DNA of 64,000 nucleotides from Bacteroidota bacterium (GTDB taxonomy: Bacteria > Bacteroidota > Ignavibacteria > UBA10030 > SZUA-254), in assembly GCA_035495255.1 (NCBI GenBank), contig DATJGD010000065.1, positions 7,256-71,255 on the forward strand, given 5' to 3'. This document shows positions 30,560 through 40,748 of this stretch, piece after piece. Below the pieces are notes generated by a model, which saw only the letters and a program-made list of their open reading frames with translations, ran no database searches and was not told where the DNA came from. Numbering within the stretch: the stretch's first letter is position 1; each line of letters opens with the position of its first letter. The position numbers were made by a program, and so were the translations under genes.

Positions 30560-30889
30560 ATGAAGACGATCAGCTTATTGACAATCTCCAATGTATTCAT
30601 GACCGTAGCATGGTACGGGCATCTCAAATTTAAGGGAGCGACGCTCTGGAAGGTTGTCCTCATCAGCTGGGGAATTGCGTTCTTCGAATATTGCTTTCAG
30701 GTCCCGGCAAACCGCCTCGGCTACGGGACCTTTACAGCGGCGCAGTTGAAGGTGATTCAGGAGGTTATTACGCTGGTGGTCTTCGGCGTATTTTCCGTTC
30801 TGTATCTGCGCGAAGAGATTAAATGGAATTACATTGTCGCATTTGTTCTCATCGTTGCTGCCGTCTTCTTCGCGTTCAAGGAATGGTGA
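30560..30889 (+). CDS. DMT-superfamily small membrane protein (DUF486-like)
   Basis: 109 aa, four hydrophobic segments. LLTISNVFMTVAWYGHLKF..FEYCFQVPANRLGY resembles DUF486. Confidence 0.75.
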   Translation: MKTISLLTISNVFMTVAWYGHLKFKGATLWKVVLISWGIAFFEYCFQVPANRLGYGTFTAAQLKVIQEVITLVVFGVFSVLYLREEIKWNYIVAFVLIVAAVFFAFKEW

Positions 30890-30949
30890 GGGGGTTGAAG
30901 GGGATGAGTTTTTTTGCTATGTTTCCTCATGATGAAAGGAAATGATCGT

Positions 30950-31474
30950 ATGAAAAGGCTTATTTTGGCAGGTATTATGGTGCTTTGCGCCGTCTGGATG
31001 GTCTACGCGTTTCAATCCGCAAAATCTTCGAAGGCTTCAAAACCCGCCGCGAACTACGGGAAATATGAATTTTCCTACACCACGCTCGACGGAAAGAAAG
31101 TGAACCTTTCCGATTATGCGGGGAAGACTGTGCTTGTAAATATCTGGGCCCCCTGGTGCGGCCCTTGTAAACTTGAAACGCCCGGGTTTGTCAAGATTTA
31201 TAAGGAATACAAGGAACGGGGATTTGAAATCCTCAGCGTCGCCGTCAACACTAACGAAAGCGACGTCCGCGAATTCATGCAGAAATACGGAGTGCAATTC
31301 CCCGTCGGCATCGGAGACAACGTCGGGCGCCAGTACGGCACGTACGGCATTCCGGATAACTACCTTTTCAATCCCGACGGTTCTCTCGTCAAACGATTCG
31401 TCGGGTACACGAAGGAAGAGGTGCTTCGCCCGTTACTCGAAGAATCTCTCAAACTTGCCGCAAAAACAAAATAA
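30950..31474 (+). CDS. TlpA/ResA-like periplasmic thiol:disulfide oxidoreductase
   Basis: Start at MKRLILAGIMVLCAVWMVYA (ATG 30950). Thioredoxin motif NIWAPWCGPC. Confidence 0.9.
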   Translation: MKRLILAGIMVLCAVWMVYAFQSAKSSKASKPAANYGKYEFSYTTLDGKKVNLSDYAGKTVLVNIWAPWCGPCKLETPGFVKIYKEYKERGFEILSVAVNTNESDVREFMQKYGVQFPVGIGDNVGRQYGTYGIPDNYLFNPDGSLVKRFVGYTKEEVLRPLLEESLKLAAKTK

Positions 31475-31489
31475 ACTTTACCTCCTCAT

Positions 31490-31873
31490 ATGAAAAAAAT
31501 CTATCTGCTTATTCTTGCGCTTTGTTGCCTCTGTTGCCTCTCACTGTTCGTCGCGACGGCGCAGGACAAGAAAAAGGAAATCACCGTCACCGGGAAGATC
31601 ACGGACGTCAAGTGCCAGCTCAACGGGATGGCCTCCGGAATGGGTGAAGACCATAAGCAATGCGCTGTCGAGTGCATCAAGAACGGCCTGCCGGTCGGCA
31701 TCCTCGAAGAGAAAACCGATAAGCTGTACATGGTTGTGCCGACCAAAGGGATGAAGCCCGGCAACGAGGAATTGGTGAAGTACGCCGATCAGAAGGTGAA
31801 GCTCACCGGCACGATGCTCGAAAAGAACGGTGTGAAACTCTTCACCTATACGAAGGTCGAGGGAGTTAAGTAG
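31490..31873 (+). CDS. Small secreted hypothetical protein with a Cys/Met/His-rich segment
   Basis: Signal peptide MKKIYLLILALCCLCCLSLFVATAQ. The mature part contains DVKCQLNGMASGMGEDHKQCAVECIKNG. No family recognised. Confidence 0.7.
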   Translation: MKKIYLLILALCCLCCLSLFVATAQDKKKEITVTGKITDVKCQLNGMASGMGEDHKQCAVECIKNGLPVGILEEKTDKLYMVVPTKGMKPGNEELVKYADQKVKLTGTMLEKNGVKLFTYTKVEGVK

Positions 31874-31899
31874 ATCGAACTGTACACACGAAGGTTCTC

Positions 31900-31934
31900 A
31901 ACGAGGAAGCCGAAACGCTTCCTCGTTCTGTTTT
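31900..31934 (+). terminator. Rho-independent terminator
   Basis: 11-bp perfect stem AACGAGGAAGC / GCTTCCTCGTT (31900-31910 / 31917-31927), 6-nt loop, then CTGTTTT. Confidence 0.7.
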
Positions 31935-32057
31935 ACAGCCATCGGTGGATGACGCGCGCGTTGATAGAGCCCGAGCTGTTCTGAAATTGCACAGGTGAGG
32001 GGTCGGTTGCCGGACTTGAAAATGTAAAGGCCACAACCGGTTTCGAGGAGAAGATGC

Positions 32058-32780
32058 TTAGTCCTTCAGCTCGACGATGAGCATCCTGATTTCGTCCGTA
32101 CCGGTATTCTTCACCTTGTGCGTCTTTGCGTCCATCCACTTCACATCATGCGTCGTGAGCGTCACGTCATGAGACTTACCGTCTGCCAATGTTTCTGACA
32201 GCGTACCGCCGTTGAGGATGTATACTACTCCGTCACGATGATAATGGGCGGGGGTTTCTTCTTTCGGTTTTAACCGGAACATGAACACACGCACCCGGTC
32301 GTTTTCAAACAGAAGTTTATGGAATTTCGCGGCAGTAACAAGAGGGTCGTCGGACACCTGCTGCTTTTCCGATTGCACGATCTGCGCTCCTTTGAGCTCG
32401 AACATAATCGTATGCATGTTCGTGCGGCCGGAATTCTTCTGAGAATGCGTCTCCGGCTCGAACCACATCACCTGGCCCGGGTTGATGCGGCGCATCGACG
32501 TGGCGCTGCCGTTCAGATACGATACCGTCCCGCGGTAGGAGGAGAGCGTGTATTTTACAACCGCCGGGTGCGAGTGCATGTTCTCCCGGCGGCCCGCCGG
32601 CACATTCTGATCGAGGACACGGACGCGCTCATTGTCCAGCAGTACTCTATAGAGATCGGGGTTTGTGGCGACCGCATCCTGCGCGGACACTGTGGAAATT
32701 ATCAACAATGAGAGGATGAATGCAACAAAAATTGCCTGAAGGGCGAAGAATTTCCCGAAGGATTTCCCAAAGAATTTCAT
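32058..32780 (-). CDS. Secreted bicupin-like protein
   Basis: ATG at comp. 32780 (MKFFGKSFGKFFALQAIFVAFILSLLIISTVSAQ). Two similar halves (YRVLLDNERVRVLD..H.HP / HKLLFENDRVRVFM..HYH), consistent with duplicated cupin folds. Confidence 0.65.
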   Translation of the reverse strand: MKFFGKSFGKFFALQAIFVAFILSLLIISTVSAQDAVATNPDLYRVLLDNERVRVLDQNVPAGRRENMHSHPAVVKYTLSSYRGTVSYLNGSATSMRRINPGQVMWFEPETHSQKNSGRTNMHTIMFELKGAQIVQSEKQQVSDDPLVTAAKFHKLLFENDRVRVFMFRLKPKEETPAHYHRDGVVYILNGGTLSETLADGKSHDVTLTTHDVKWMDAKTHKVKNTGTDEIRMLIVELKD

Positions 32781-32897
32781 AGAGAATTGTTCCAATATAT
32801 TCGAATGTTCGGTTAAGAATAATGAATTCCCATCTTTTATCCAAAGACGCAGATCACATATCGTTTTTCTTGATTTTCAGCATAAACATGAATATAT

Positions 32898-32951
32898 TTG
32901 ACGGTCATAACTGTCAATATTTTTGACAGGTTATCGCAAACCGTTTTCAAT
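32898..32951 (+). promoter_or_regulatory. Candidate promoter/operator of the act operon
   Basis: TTGAC(32898)..TGTCAA(32912-32917)-N5-TTGACA(32923-32928), a 6-5-6 palindrome. It can be read as TTGACA-N17-TTCAAT, or as a Bacteroidetes-type TTG..TATTTTTG (TAnnTTTG at 32918-32925). It lies 34-87 nt upstream of the actA ATG. Confidence 0.35.
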
Positions 32952-32984
32952 TCCATCACGACAATCGTTCTTTAAGCTCAACCA

Positions 32985-33641
32985 ATGGCGCAGATCTTTC
33001 ACCCGAGTATGAAGGTGATTTCGAGAGCCAGCATCATCGCTGTGCTCATCGTCGTTGGTGTTCTTACGTGGGTTGCGGGAGCGATGTACCGGTCGGGATA
33101 TTTCACGAACGTTAACGATCCCGTTGAGCAGAACGTGCCGTTCAGCCACGAGCATCACGTCAACGGCCTCGGCATCAGTTGCGCCTACTGCCACACATCT
33201 GTGGAACAGTCGTCGTTCGCCGGCATTCCTCCGACCCACACCTGCATGACGTGTCATTCCCAGATCTGGAACACAAGCCCGATGCTTCAGCCGGTGCGGA
33301 CGAGCTATCAAACGCAGATGCCGCTGGAATGGGTGCGCGTTCACGACCTCCCCGATTTTGTCTATTTCAATCACAGCATTCATGTCGCAAAAGGAGTGGG
33401 CTGTCAAACCTGCCACGGCCAGGTCGATCACATGCCGCTGACATGGAGGACGAACACCCTGCAGATGAGTTGGTGCCTGGATTGCCACCGAGAGCCGGAA
33501 AAATATCTGCGGCCGAAGGAAGAGGTCTATTCGATGGTGTACCAGCAACCCGATGACCAGCTGACGCTGGGGGCCGCGCTCGTTGAAAAATACCATATTA
33601 AGAAGAAGCAACTCACCGATTGTTCGATCTGTCACCGATAA
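32985..33641 (+). CDS. actA: Alternative complex III pentaheme cytochrome c subunit
   Basis: N-terminal TM anchor and five CxxCH motifs (CAYCH, CMTCH, CQTCH, CLDCH, CSICH). Confidence 0.9.
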   Translation: MAQIFHPSMKVISRASIIAVLIVVGVLTWVAGAMYRSGYFTNVNDPVEQNVPFSHEHHVNGLGISCAYCHTSVEQSSFAGIPPTHTCMTCHSQIWNTSPMLQPVRTSYQTQMPLEWVRVHDLPDFVYFNHSIHVAKGVGCQTCHGQVDHMPLTWRTNTLQMSWCLDCHREPEKYLRPKEEVYSMVYQQPDDQLTLGAALVEKYHIKKKQLTDCSICHR

Positions 33642-33643
33642 CC

Positions 33644-36634
33644 ATGAGCGAAAAGAACCGTTTTGATATTGCCTCCATCCGCGCCCGCCTCTCCGGTGAA
33701 AAGGGGTCCGAATACTGGAAGAGCCTGGACGAACTTGCGGAGACAGAGGAGTTCAACGAGTTTCTTCACCGGGAATTCCCTCGTGAAGCATCGGTGTGGG
33801 ACGATGCACTGAGCCGGAGAGGGTTTCTCAAAATCATGGGCGCGTCGCTTGCTCTTGCCGGCCTCAGCGGATGCGTCAAGCAGCCGGAAGAAAAGATCGT
33901 TCCGTATGTGAAGCAGCCGGAAATCCTTGTTCCCGGGAAGCCGCTCTCCTTTGCCACGGCATTTATTATGGGAGGATACGCCACCGGCGTTCTCGCGACA
34001 AGCCATATGGGAAGGCCGACACGCATCGAGGGCAATCCCGATCACCCGGCGAGCCTCGGTGCCACGGATGTTTTTGCTACGGCTTCAATTCTCTCGCTGT
34101 ACGATCCGGACAGGTCTCAGGTCGTCACGAATAAACGGGCGATCAGTACATGGGATAAATTCTTCGCACAGCTTCAAACGGCAATAGAAGTGCAGCGAGC
34201 CCTGAAGGGTTCTGGGTTACGGATTCTTACAGAAACGGTCACCTCACCGACCCTTGCGCATCAGATGAACACCCTGCTGACGCAGTTTCCGAACGCGCGG
34301 TGGCACCAGTATGAACCGCTCCATGAGGACAATGCATTTGAGGGAGCGAAGCTCGTCTTCGGAATGCCGCTTCAAACGCGTCATCGGTTCGACCGTGCCG
34401 ATATCGTCGTCTCCCTGGACTCCGATTTTATCGCCCAGGGCCCCGGACATATTCGTTCCGCGCGCGATTTTGCCAACCGCCGCAGGGTGCAGGGAAGCCA
34501 CGCAGAGATGAACCGTCTCTATGTCGCAGAGTGCATGCCGAGCGTTACCGGTTCGATGGCCGATCACAGGTTGCGCGCTCCGTCAAGCCATATCGAGAAC
34601 ATTGCCCGCGGTCTGGCAGCCGGGCTACATGTTGAGGGTGTGCATGCGGCTCAGATCGGTGAACCGGAACAACGCTGGGTAGATGCCGCACTGAAGGACC
34701 TCCTTGCGCATCGCGGAAAAAGCATCGTCGTCGCGGGACCCCAGCAAAGTCCGATTGTCCATGCGGCGGTTCACGCCATGAATAACGCGCTTGGGAATAC
34801 CGGCGAAACGGTTCTTTACACGGATCCCGTTGAAGCCAGTCCGATGAATCATGGAGATTCCCTGCAGTCGCTCCTGCACGACCTGGACTCCGGGGAGGTC
34901 GATCTTCTTATCATGCTTGGAGCAAATCCTTCATACTCTGCCCCCGCAGACTTGAAGATAAACGAAAAGCTCGGGAAGGCGCGTCTGAGCGTCCACCTCG
35001 GAGCCTACAACGATGAAACGGCTGACGCATGCGATTGGCATATTCCGCAGTCGCATTATCTCGAAGCGTGGAGCGATGCCCGGGCATTTGATGGGACGGC
35101 GACAATTATGCAGCCGTTGATTGCGCCACTCTATAATAGTAAGTCGGCCCACGAACTCATCGGAGGAATTCTCGATGACTCCGGGCGTAAGAGCCACGAA
35201 ATAGTTCAGGATTTTTGGAAAACTCAACGCGGGGGAGGCCATGGGTTCGAGAACTTTTGGAAAACTTCTCTCAATAACGGCGTCGTTGAAGGAACCTCAT
35301 TTCCCGTGAAGCAACCGGCGCTCCGCCAGCCTTCGGACGGATGGAAATTTTCTTCTCCGGCCGGTGACGGGCTTGAGATAAGCTTCCGGCCCGATTCGAC
35401 AATTTTTGACGGGCGGTTTGCCAACAACGGCTGGCTCCAGGAATGCCCGAAACCGGTTACGAAGCTCACCTGGGACAACGCTGCGTTTATCAGTCCGGCC
35501 ACCGCCCAGCGCTACCACCTCGAGAGCAACGATCTCGTGGAACTGGCCGCTAATGGCCGGACAGTAAAAGCTCCGGTCTGCATTCAGCCCGGACATGCCG
35601 ACAGCGCCGTCACGCTTCATTTGGGATATGGCCGGAAAAAAGCGGGGCATCTTGGAACCGGTATCGGCGCGAACGCGAATTTGCTCCGGACAGCAGGTTC
35701 GCAGTGGCATGCCGCGGGGGCTGAGATGCGGAAGACCGGCGAGTCCTACACGCTCGCAATAACACAGGACCATCACAGCATGGAAGGCCGCGCGATTGTC
35801 CGCGCAGCCAATGTTGAAGAATTTGAAAAAGAACCCTCATTCGCGAAAGAGATGTCGGAGGTTCCAACGGCTTCTCAATCCCTCTATCCTCCGAAAGAAT
35901 ATCCGGGATATGCCTGGGGAATGACGATCGATCTCAATGCCTGCACCGGCTGCAACGCGTGTGTCGTGGCATGTCAATCTGAAAACAATATCCCCATTGT
36001 GGGAAAAGACCAGGTCTCCCGCGGCCGCGAAATGCAATGGATACGCGTCGACCGGTACTATAAGAACGACCTCGACGATCCGGAGATTTACAATCAGCCT
36101 GTCGCCTGCCAGCATTGCGAAAATGCGCCGTGCGAATTAGTGTGCCCTGTCGCCGCCACGACGCACGATTCCGAAGGATTGAATGTGATGACCTACAACC
36201 GGTGTGTCGGCACCCGGTACTGCTCAAATAACTGTCCGTATAAAGTCCGCCGCTTTAACTTCCTTCAGTATTCGGACGTCGACACGGAAACGCTGAAGAT
36301 GATGTATAATCCCGACGTCACGGTGCGTAATCGCGGAGTGATGGAAAAGTGTACGTTCTGCGTACAACGCATCAGCCATGCCCGCATCGAAGCAAAAAAA
36401 GAAGACCGTGAAATCCGCGACGGCGAAGTGACGACCGCATGCCAGTCCGCGTGTCCGGCGCAAGCGATCGTGTTCGGAAATATCAACGACGCGACGAGTA
36501 ATGTCGCGCAGAGGAAAGCCGATCCCCGGAATTACGCCTTACTCTCCGAGCTGAACACAAAGCCCCGTCTCTCGTATCTTGCCAAATTAAGCAATCCGAA
36601 CCCCGCACTTGAGAAGCCGGAGAAACCAGGATAG
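33644..36634 (+). CDS. actB: Alternative complex III subunit ActB (molybdopterin-oxidoreductase-like domain fused to a poly-FeS ferredoxin domain)
   Basis: Start at MSEKNRF, 2 nt after the actA stop. Tat-like SRRGFLKIMGASLALAGLSGC. FeS clusters CTGCNACVVACQSEN, CQHCENAPCELVCPV, CVGTRYCSNNCPYKVRRFN, CTFCVQR, CQSACP. Confidence 0.92.
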   Translation: MSEKNRFDIASIRARLSGEKGSEYWKSLDELAETEEFNEFLHREFPREASVWDDALSRRGFLKIMGASLALAGLSGCVKQPEEKIVPYVKQPEILVPGKPLSFATAFIMGGYATGVLATSHMGRPTRIEGNPDHPASLGATDVFATASILSLYDPDRSQVVTNKRAISTWDKFFAQLQTAIEVQRALKGSGLRILTETVTSPTLAHQMNTLLTQFPNARWHQYEPLHEDNAFEGAKLVFGMPLQTRHRFDRADIVVSLDSDFIAQGPGHIRSARDFANRRRVQGSHAEMNRLYVAECMPSVTGSMADHRLRAPSSHIENIARGLAAGLHVEGVHAAQIGEPEQRWVDAALKDLLAHRGKSIVVAGPQQSPIVHAAVHAMNNALGNTGETVLYTDPVEASPMNHGDSLQSLLHDLDSGEVDLLIMLGANPSYSAPADLKINEKLGKARLSVHLGAYNDETADACDWHIPQSHYLEAWSDARAFDGTATIMQPLIAPLYNSKSAHELIGGILDDSGRKSHEIVQDFWKTQRGGGHGFENFWKTSLNNGVVEGTSFPVKQPALRQPSDGWKFSSPAGDGLEISFRPDSTIFDGRFANNGWLQECPKPVTKLTWDNAAFISPATAQRYHLESNDLVELAANGRTVKAPVCIQPGHADSAVTLHLGYGRKKAGHLGTGIGANANLLRTAGSQWHAAGAEMRKTGESYTLAITQDHHSMEGRAIVRAANVEEFEKEPSFAKEMSEVPTASQSLYPPKEYPGYAWGMTIDLNACTGCNACVVACQSENNIPIVGKDQVSRGREMQWIRVDRYYKNDLDDPEIYNQPVACQHCENAPCELVCPVAATTHDSEGLNVMTYNRCVGTRYCSNNCPYKVRRFNFLQYSDVDTETLKMMYNPDVTVRNRGVMEKCTFCVQRISHARIEAKKEDREIRDGEVTTACQSACPAQAIVFGNINDATSNVAQRKADPRNYALLSELNTKPRLSYLAKLSNPNPALEKPEKPG

Positions 36635-36636
36635 CG

Positions 36637-38040
<1,404 letters not shown>

Positions 38041-38041
38041 T

Positions 38042-38623
38042 ATGAAGAGACCTCCGTTATACGGCATGATGGCCGAGTTTGACGCCCCGGAAAAGATCCT
38101 GGCGGCGGCCGAACGCGCCGCGGCAAAAGGGTACCGCGAGATGGATGCGTTCACTCCCTTTCCTATGGAGGAGCTCACCGACGCGCTGAAGGTCAAGCAT
38201 ACGAAACTCTCATTGTTCGTTCTCTGCTGCGGTGTTACGGGAGGGCTCCTGGGGTTTTTCATGCAGTACTGGATGAATGGGATTGACTATCCGCTGAATA
38301 TCGGAGGGAAGCCGCTGTATTCATGGCCCGCGTTCATTCCGATCACGTTCGAAATGACGATCCTCTTTTCGGCCATCGGGGCGGTCGTCGGAATGATCTT
38401 CCGCAACGGCCTGCCGCGGCCGGTGCATCCTGTTTTCAATATCGACAGCTTTGAGCGCGCGACACGCGATCATTTTTTCCTCTGCATAGAGGCGACCGAT
38501 CCGCTCTTTCAGGAGGAGGAAGTCCAGGCGTTTCTCGAAAGCATGGAACCCATTGCGGTGACTCCCGTAAAGCACGTGCCGATGCGGGAGCCGGATTCGT
38601 ATGAAGATTTTAAGGATTTGTAA
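38042..38623 (+). CDS. actD: Alternative complex III subunit ActD (DUF3341-like)
   Basis: MKRPPLYGMMAEFDAPEKILAAAERAAAKGYREMDAFTPFPMEEL plus two TM helices. An alternative ATG lies at 38030. Confidence 0.85.
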   Translation: MKRPPLYGMMAEFDAPEKILAAAERAAAKGYREMDAFTPFPMEELTDALKVKHTKLSLFVLCCGVTGGLLGFFMQYWMNGIDYPLNIGGKPLYSWPAFIPITFEMTILFSAIGAVVGMIFRNGLPRPVHPVFNIDSFERATRDHFFLCIEATDPLFQEEEVQAFLESMEPIAVTPVKHVPMREPDSYEDFKDL

Positions 38624-38624
38624 T

Positions 38625-39191
38625 ATGAAGCCGATCTTCATACTGCTTGTTGGGGTGATTGGCATGCTCGGCTGCAACGATATGTATGACAACCATAAGA
38701 TGAAGCCGCTGCAGAAAAGCAACTATTATGCCGATCATCGTTCGGCAAGACAGATTCCCGAAGGAACTGTCGCCCGCGGATATGCGCGCACCGACGAGCT
38801 CCTCTACACCGGGAGAATCGACAGCGTCCTCGCCGACGCATTTCCTTTTGAAATTACCGATGAAGTGATGAAGACCGGACAACATCAATTTACGACGTTT
38901 TGCACTCCCTGCCACGGCCGGCTCGGCGACGGGAACGGCATGATCGTCCAGCGCGGATTCCCCCGGCCAAATTCGTACCATGCCGACAGCATCCGCTCAA
39001 AACCGGCAGGATACTATTTTGACGTCATCACAAACGGGTTCGGACGAATGTACAGTTATGCCCCGAGCGTCCCGGTGAGGGACCGATGGGCGATCGTCGC
39101 GTATATCCGGGCGCTTCAGTTAAGTCAACGGATGCCCGCTGAAGAGCTTTCTTCCGCCGACAGGATAAGTATTTCAAAGGCCGCCAAATGA
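38625..39191 (+). CDS. actE: Alternative complex III monoheme cytochrome c lipoprotein
   Basis: Lipobox LLVGVIGMLGC. A single CTPCH heme motif. Starts 1 nt after the actD stop. Confidence 0.88.
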   Translation: MKPIFILLVGVIGMLGCNDMYDNHKMKPLQKSNYYADHRSARQIPEGTVARGYARTDELLYTGRIDSVLADAFPFEITDEVMKTGQHQFTTFCTPCHGRLGDGNGMIVQRGFPRPNSYHADSIRSKPAGYYFDVITNGFGRMYSYAPSVPVRDRWAIVAYIRALQLSQRMPAEELSSADRISISKAAK

Positions 39192-40360
39192 ACGAACATC
39201 TTCTTTCGCGGTTCAACGGGATACAGCGGCGCTCGATGATTGCCGGCGCGGCCGCATCTCTCGTATTGATTATCGGATTGTTTGTGTCTTCGCGGCAGTT
39301 TTTTCAATCGTACCTTTACGCATACATCTTCTGGATGGGCCTGACGCTTGGCTGCCTGGGAATCCTTCTCCTCCATCATCTCGTCTCCGGCGCATGGGGG
39401 CATCTTATCCAGCGCCTGACGGAATCGGGGGCGCGCATGATGCCGGTGATGGCCCTTCTGTTTATTCCGATATTTTTCGGAATGCATGAACTCTTTCCGT
39501 GGACACGGCCGGAGGTTGTCGAAGCGAACGAGGTCGTTCACAAGAAGATCGCGTATCTCAATGTCCCGTTTTTCGCGGGGAGATGGGTCTTCTACTTTGC
39601 CGTATGGTCCGGGACCGCATTCCTCCTGAGCCGCTGGTCGCGCCTGCAGGATAACAACGGCGACGCGGCATTAACGAAGAAGATGAAGATCCTCAGCGGG
39701 CCGGCGCTCGTGGTATTTGTCGTGACCGTCACGCTTGCCTCGGTCGATTGGATGATGTCCCTGGAACCGGAATGGTACTCGACGATTTACGGAATGACGA
39801 CGATCGTCGGCGACGTTCTGACGACGCTCGCCTTCTGCATACTCTGGCTCCGGTATTTGAATAATGACAGGCCATTTGCCGGCATTGTCACCACCCGGCA
39901 CTCACATCATCTTGGCAACCTCCTCATGGCGTTTGTCATCCTGTGGGCGTATATGGCGTTCTCGCAGTTTCTCATTATCTGGGCGGGTAACCTGCCGGAA
40001 GAAAATGTCTGGTATCTCCGGAGACTGGGGATGGGCTGGAATATTATCGCCCTCATGTTGTTAATTGGACATTTCTTTGTGCCGTTTGGCCTCCTGCTGT
40101 CAAGGAAAACGAAGAAGGTTCTTAAAGCTCTTTCCCTCATCGCTGCCGGAATACTCGTCATGCGGTTCGTCGATCTGTTCTGGAGAATCGTTCCGGCCTT
40201 TTCCGGAAATCAGCTGCGGGTTCATTGGATGGATTTCGCGGCGATCGTCGCGATCGGAGGGATCTGGCTGACGATGTTTGTCCGCGACCTCAAGAGCCAG
40301 CCTCTGATTCCGCTGCACGACCCCCGGTTTGTGGACGGGCAATCAATTTATCTGCACTAA
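39188..40360 (+). CDS. actF: Alternative complex III second NrfD-like membrane subunit
   Basis: ATGA overlap with actE. 390-aa polytopic membrane protein in the expected position. Confidence 0.85.
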   Translation: MNEHLLSRFNGIQRRSMIAGAAASLVLIIGLFVSSRQFFQSYLYAYIFWMGLTLGCLGILLLHHLVSGAWGHLIQRLTESGARMMPVMALLFIPIFFGMHELFPWTRPEVVEANEVVHKKIAYLNVPFFAGRWVFYFAVWSGTAFLLSRWSRLQDNNGDAALTKKMKILSGPALVVFVVTVTLASVDWMMSLEPEWYSTIYGMTTIVGDVLTTLAFCILWLRYLNNDRPFAGIVTTRHSHHLGNLLMAFVILWAYMAFSQFLIIWAGNLPEENVWYLRRLGMGWNIIALMLLIGHFFVPFGLLLSRKTKKVLKALSLIAAGILVMRFVDLFWRIVPAFSGNQLRVHWMDFAAIVAIGGIWLTMFVRDLKSQPLIPLHDPRFVDGQSIYLH

Positions 40361-40361
40361 G

Positions 40362-40748
40362 ATGAGCGAAATTCCTGTACATAACGAAGAGCAGAGAGGG
40401 CACGAGACACGCGATGCCCGCTTCAAAGAGGTGGTGTTCAGCGGGGTTGTCCTGCTGGGATTAATGGCCCTGGGCTTGATCGCTTCTGTTGTCCTTCTTA
40501 CCGTGTTTAAGGAGACAACTCAGCAGCCGGGCAATCACCCCGAGACATTTACTCAACCGCAGACTGCTCCCCCTCTTCCGCGCTTGCAGCCGGATCCGCA
40601 CGCGAACCTGCTGCAGATGAGGATGCGGGAGGACTCGCTCCTCAATTCCTATGGCCTGCTCGCTCATGACTCGCAGCACGTTCGCATTCCTGTGAGCAGG
40701 GCAATGGAGCTGGTTGCCAAAAAATTGCCGGTGCGGGCCACGAAATGA
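40362..40748 (+). CDS. Hypothetical single-TM protein between actF and sco
   Basis: ATG 40362, 1 nt after the actF stop, and ATGA overlap with sco. MSEIPVHNEEQRGHETRDARFKEVVFSGVVLLGLMALGLIASVVLLTVF..HVRIPVSRAMELVAKKL. Confidence 0.65.
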   Translation: MSEIPVHNEEQRGHETRDARFKEVVFSGVVLLGLMALGLIASVVLLTVFKETTQQPGNHPETFTQPQTAPPLPRLQPDPHANLLQMRMREDSLLNSYGLLAHDSQHVRIPVSRAMELVAKKLPVRATK

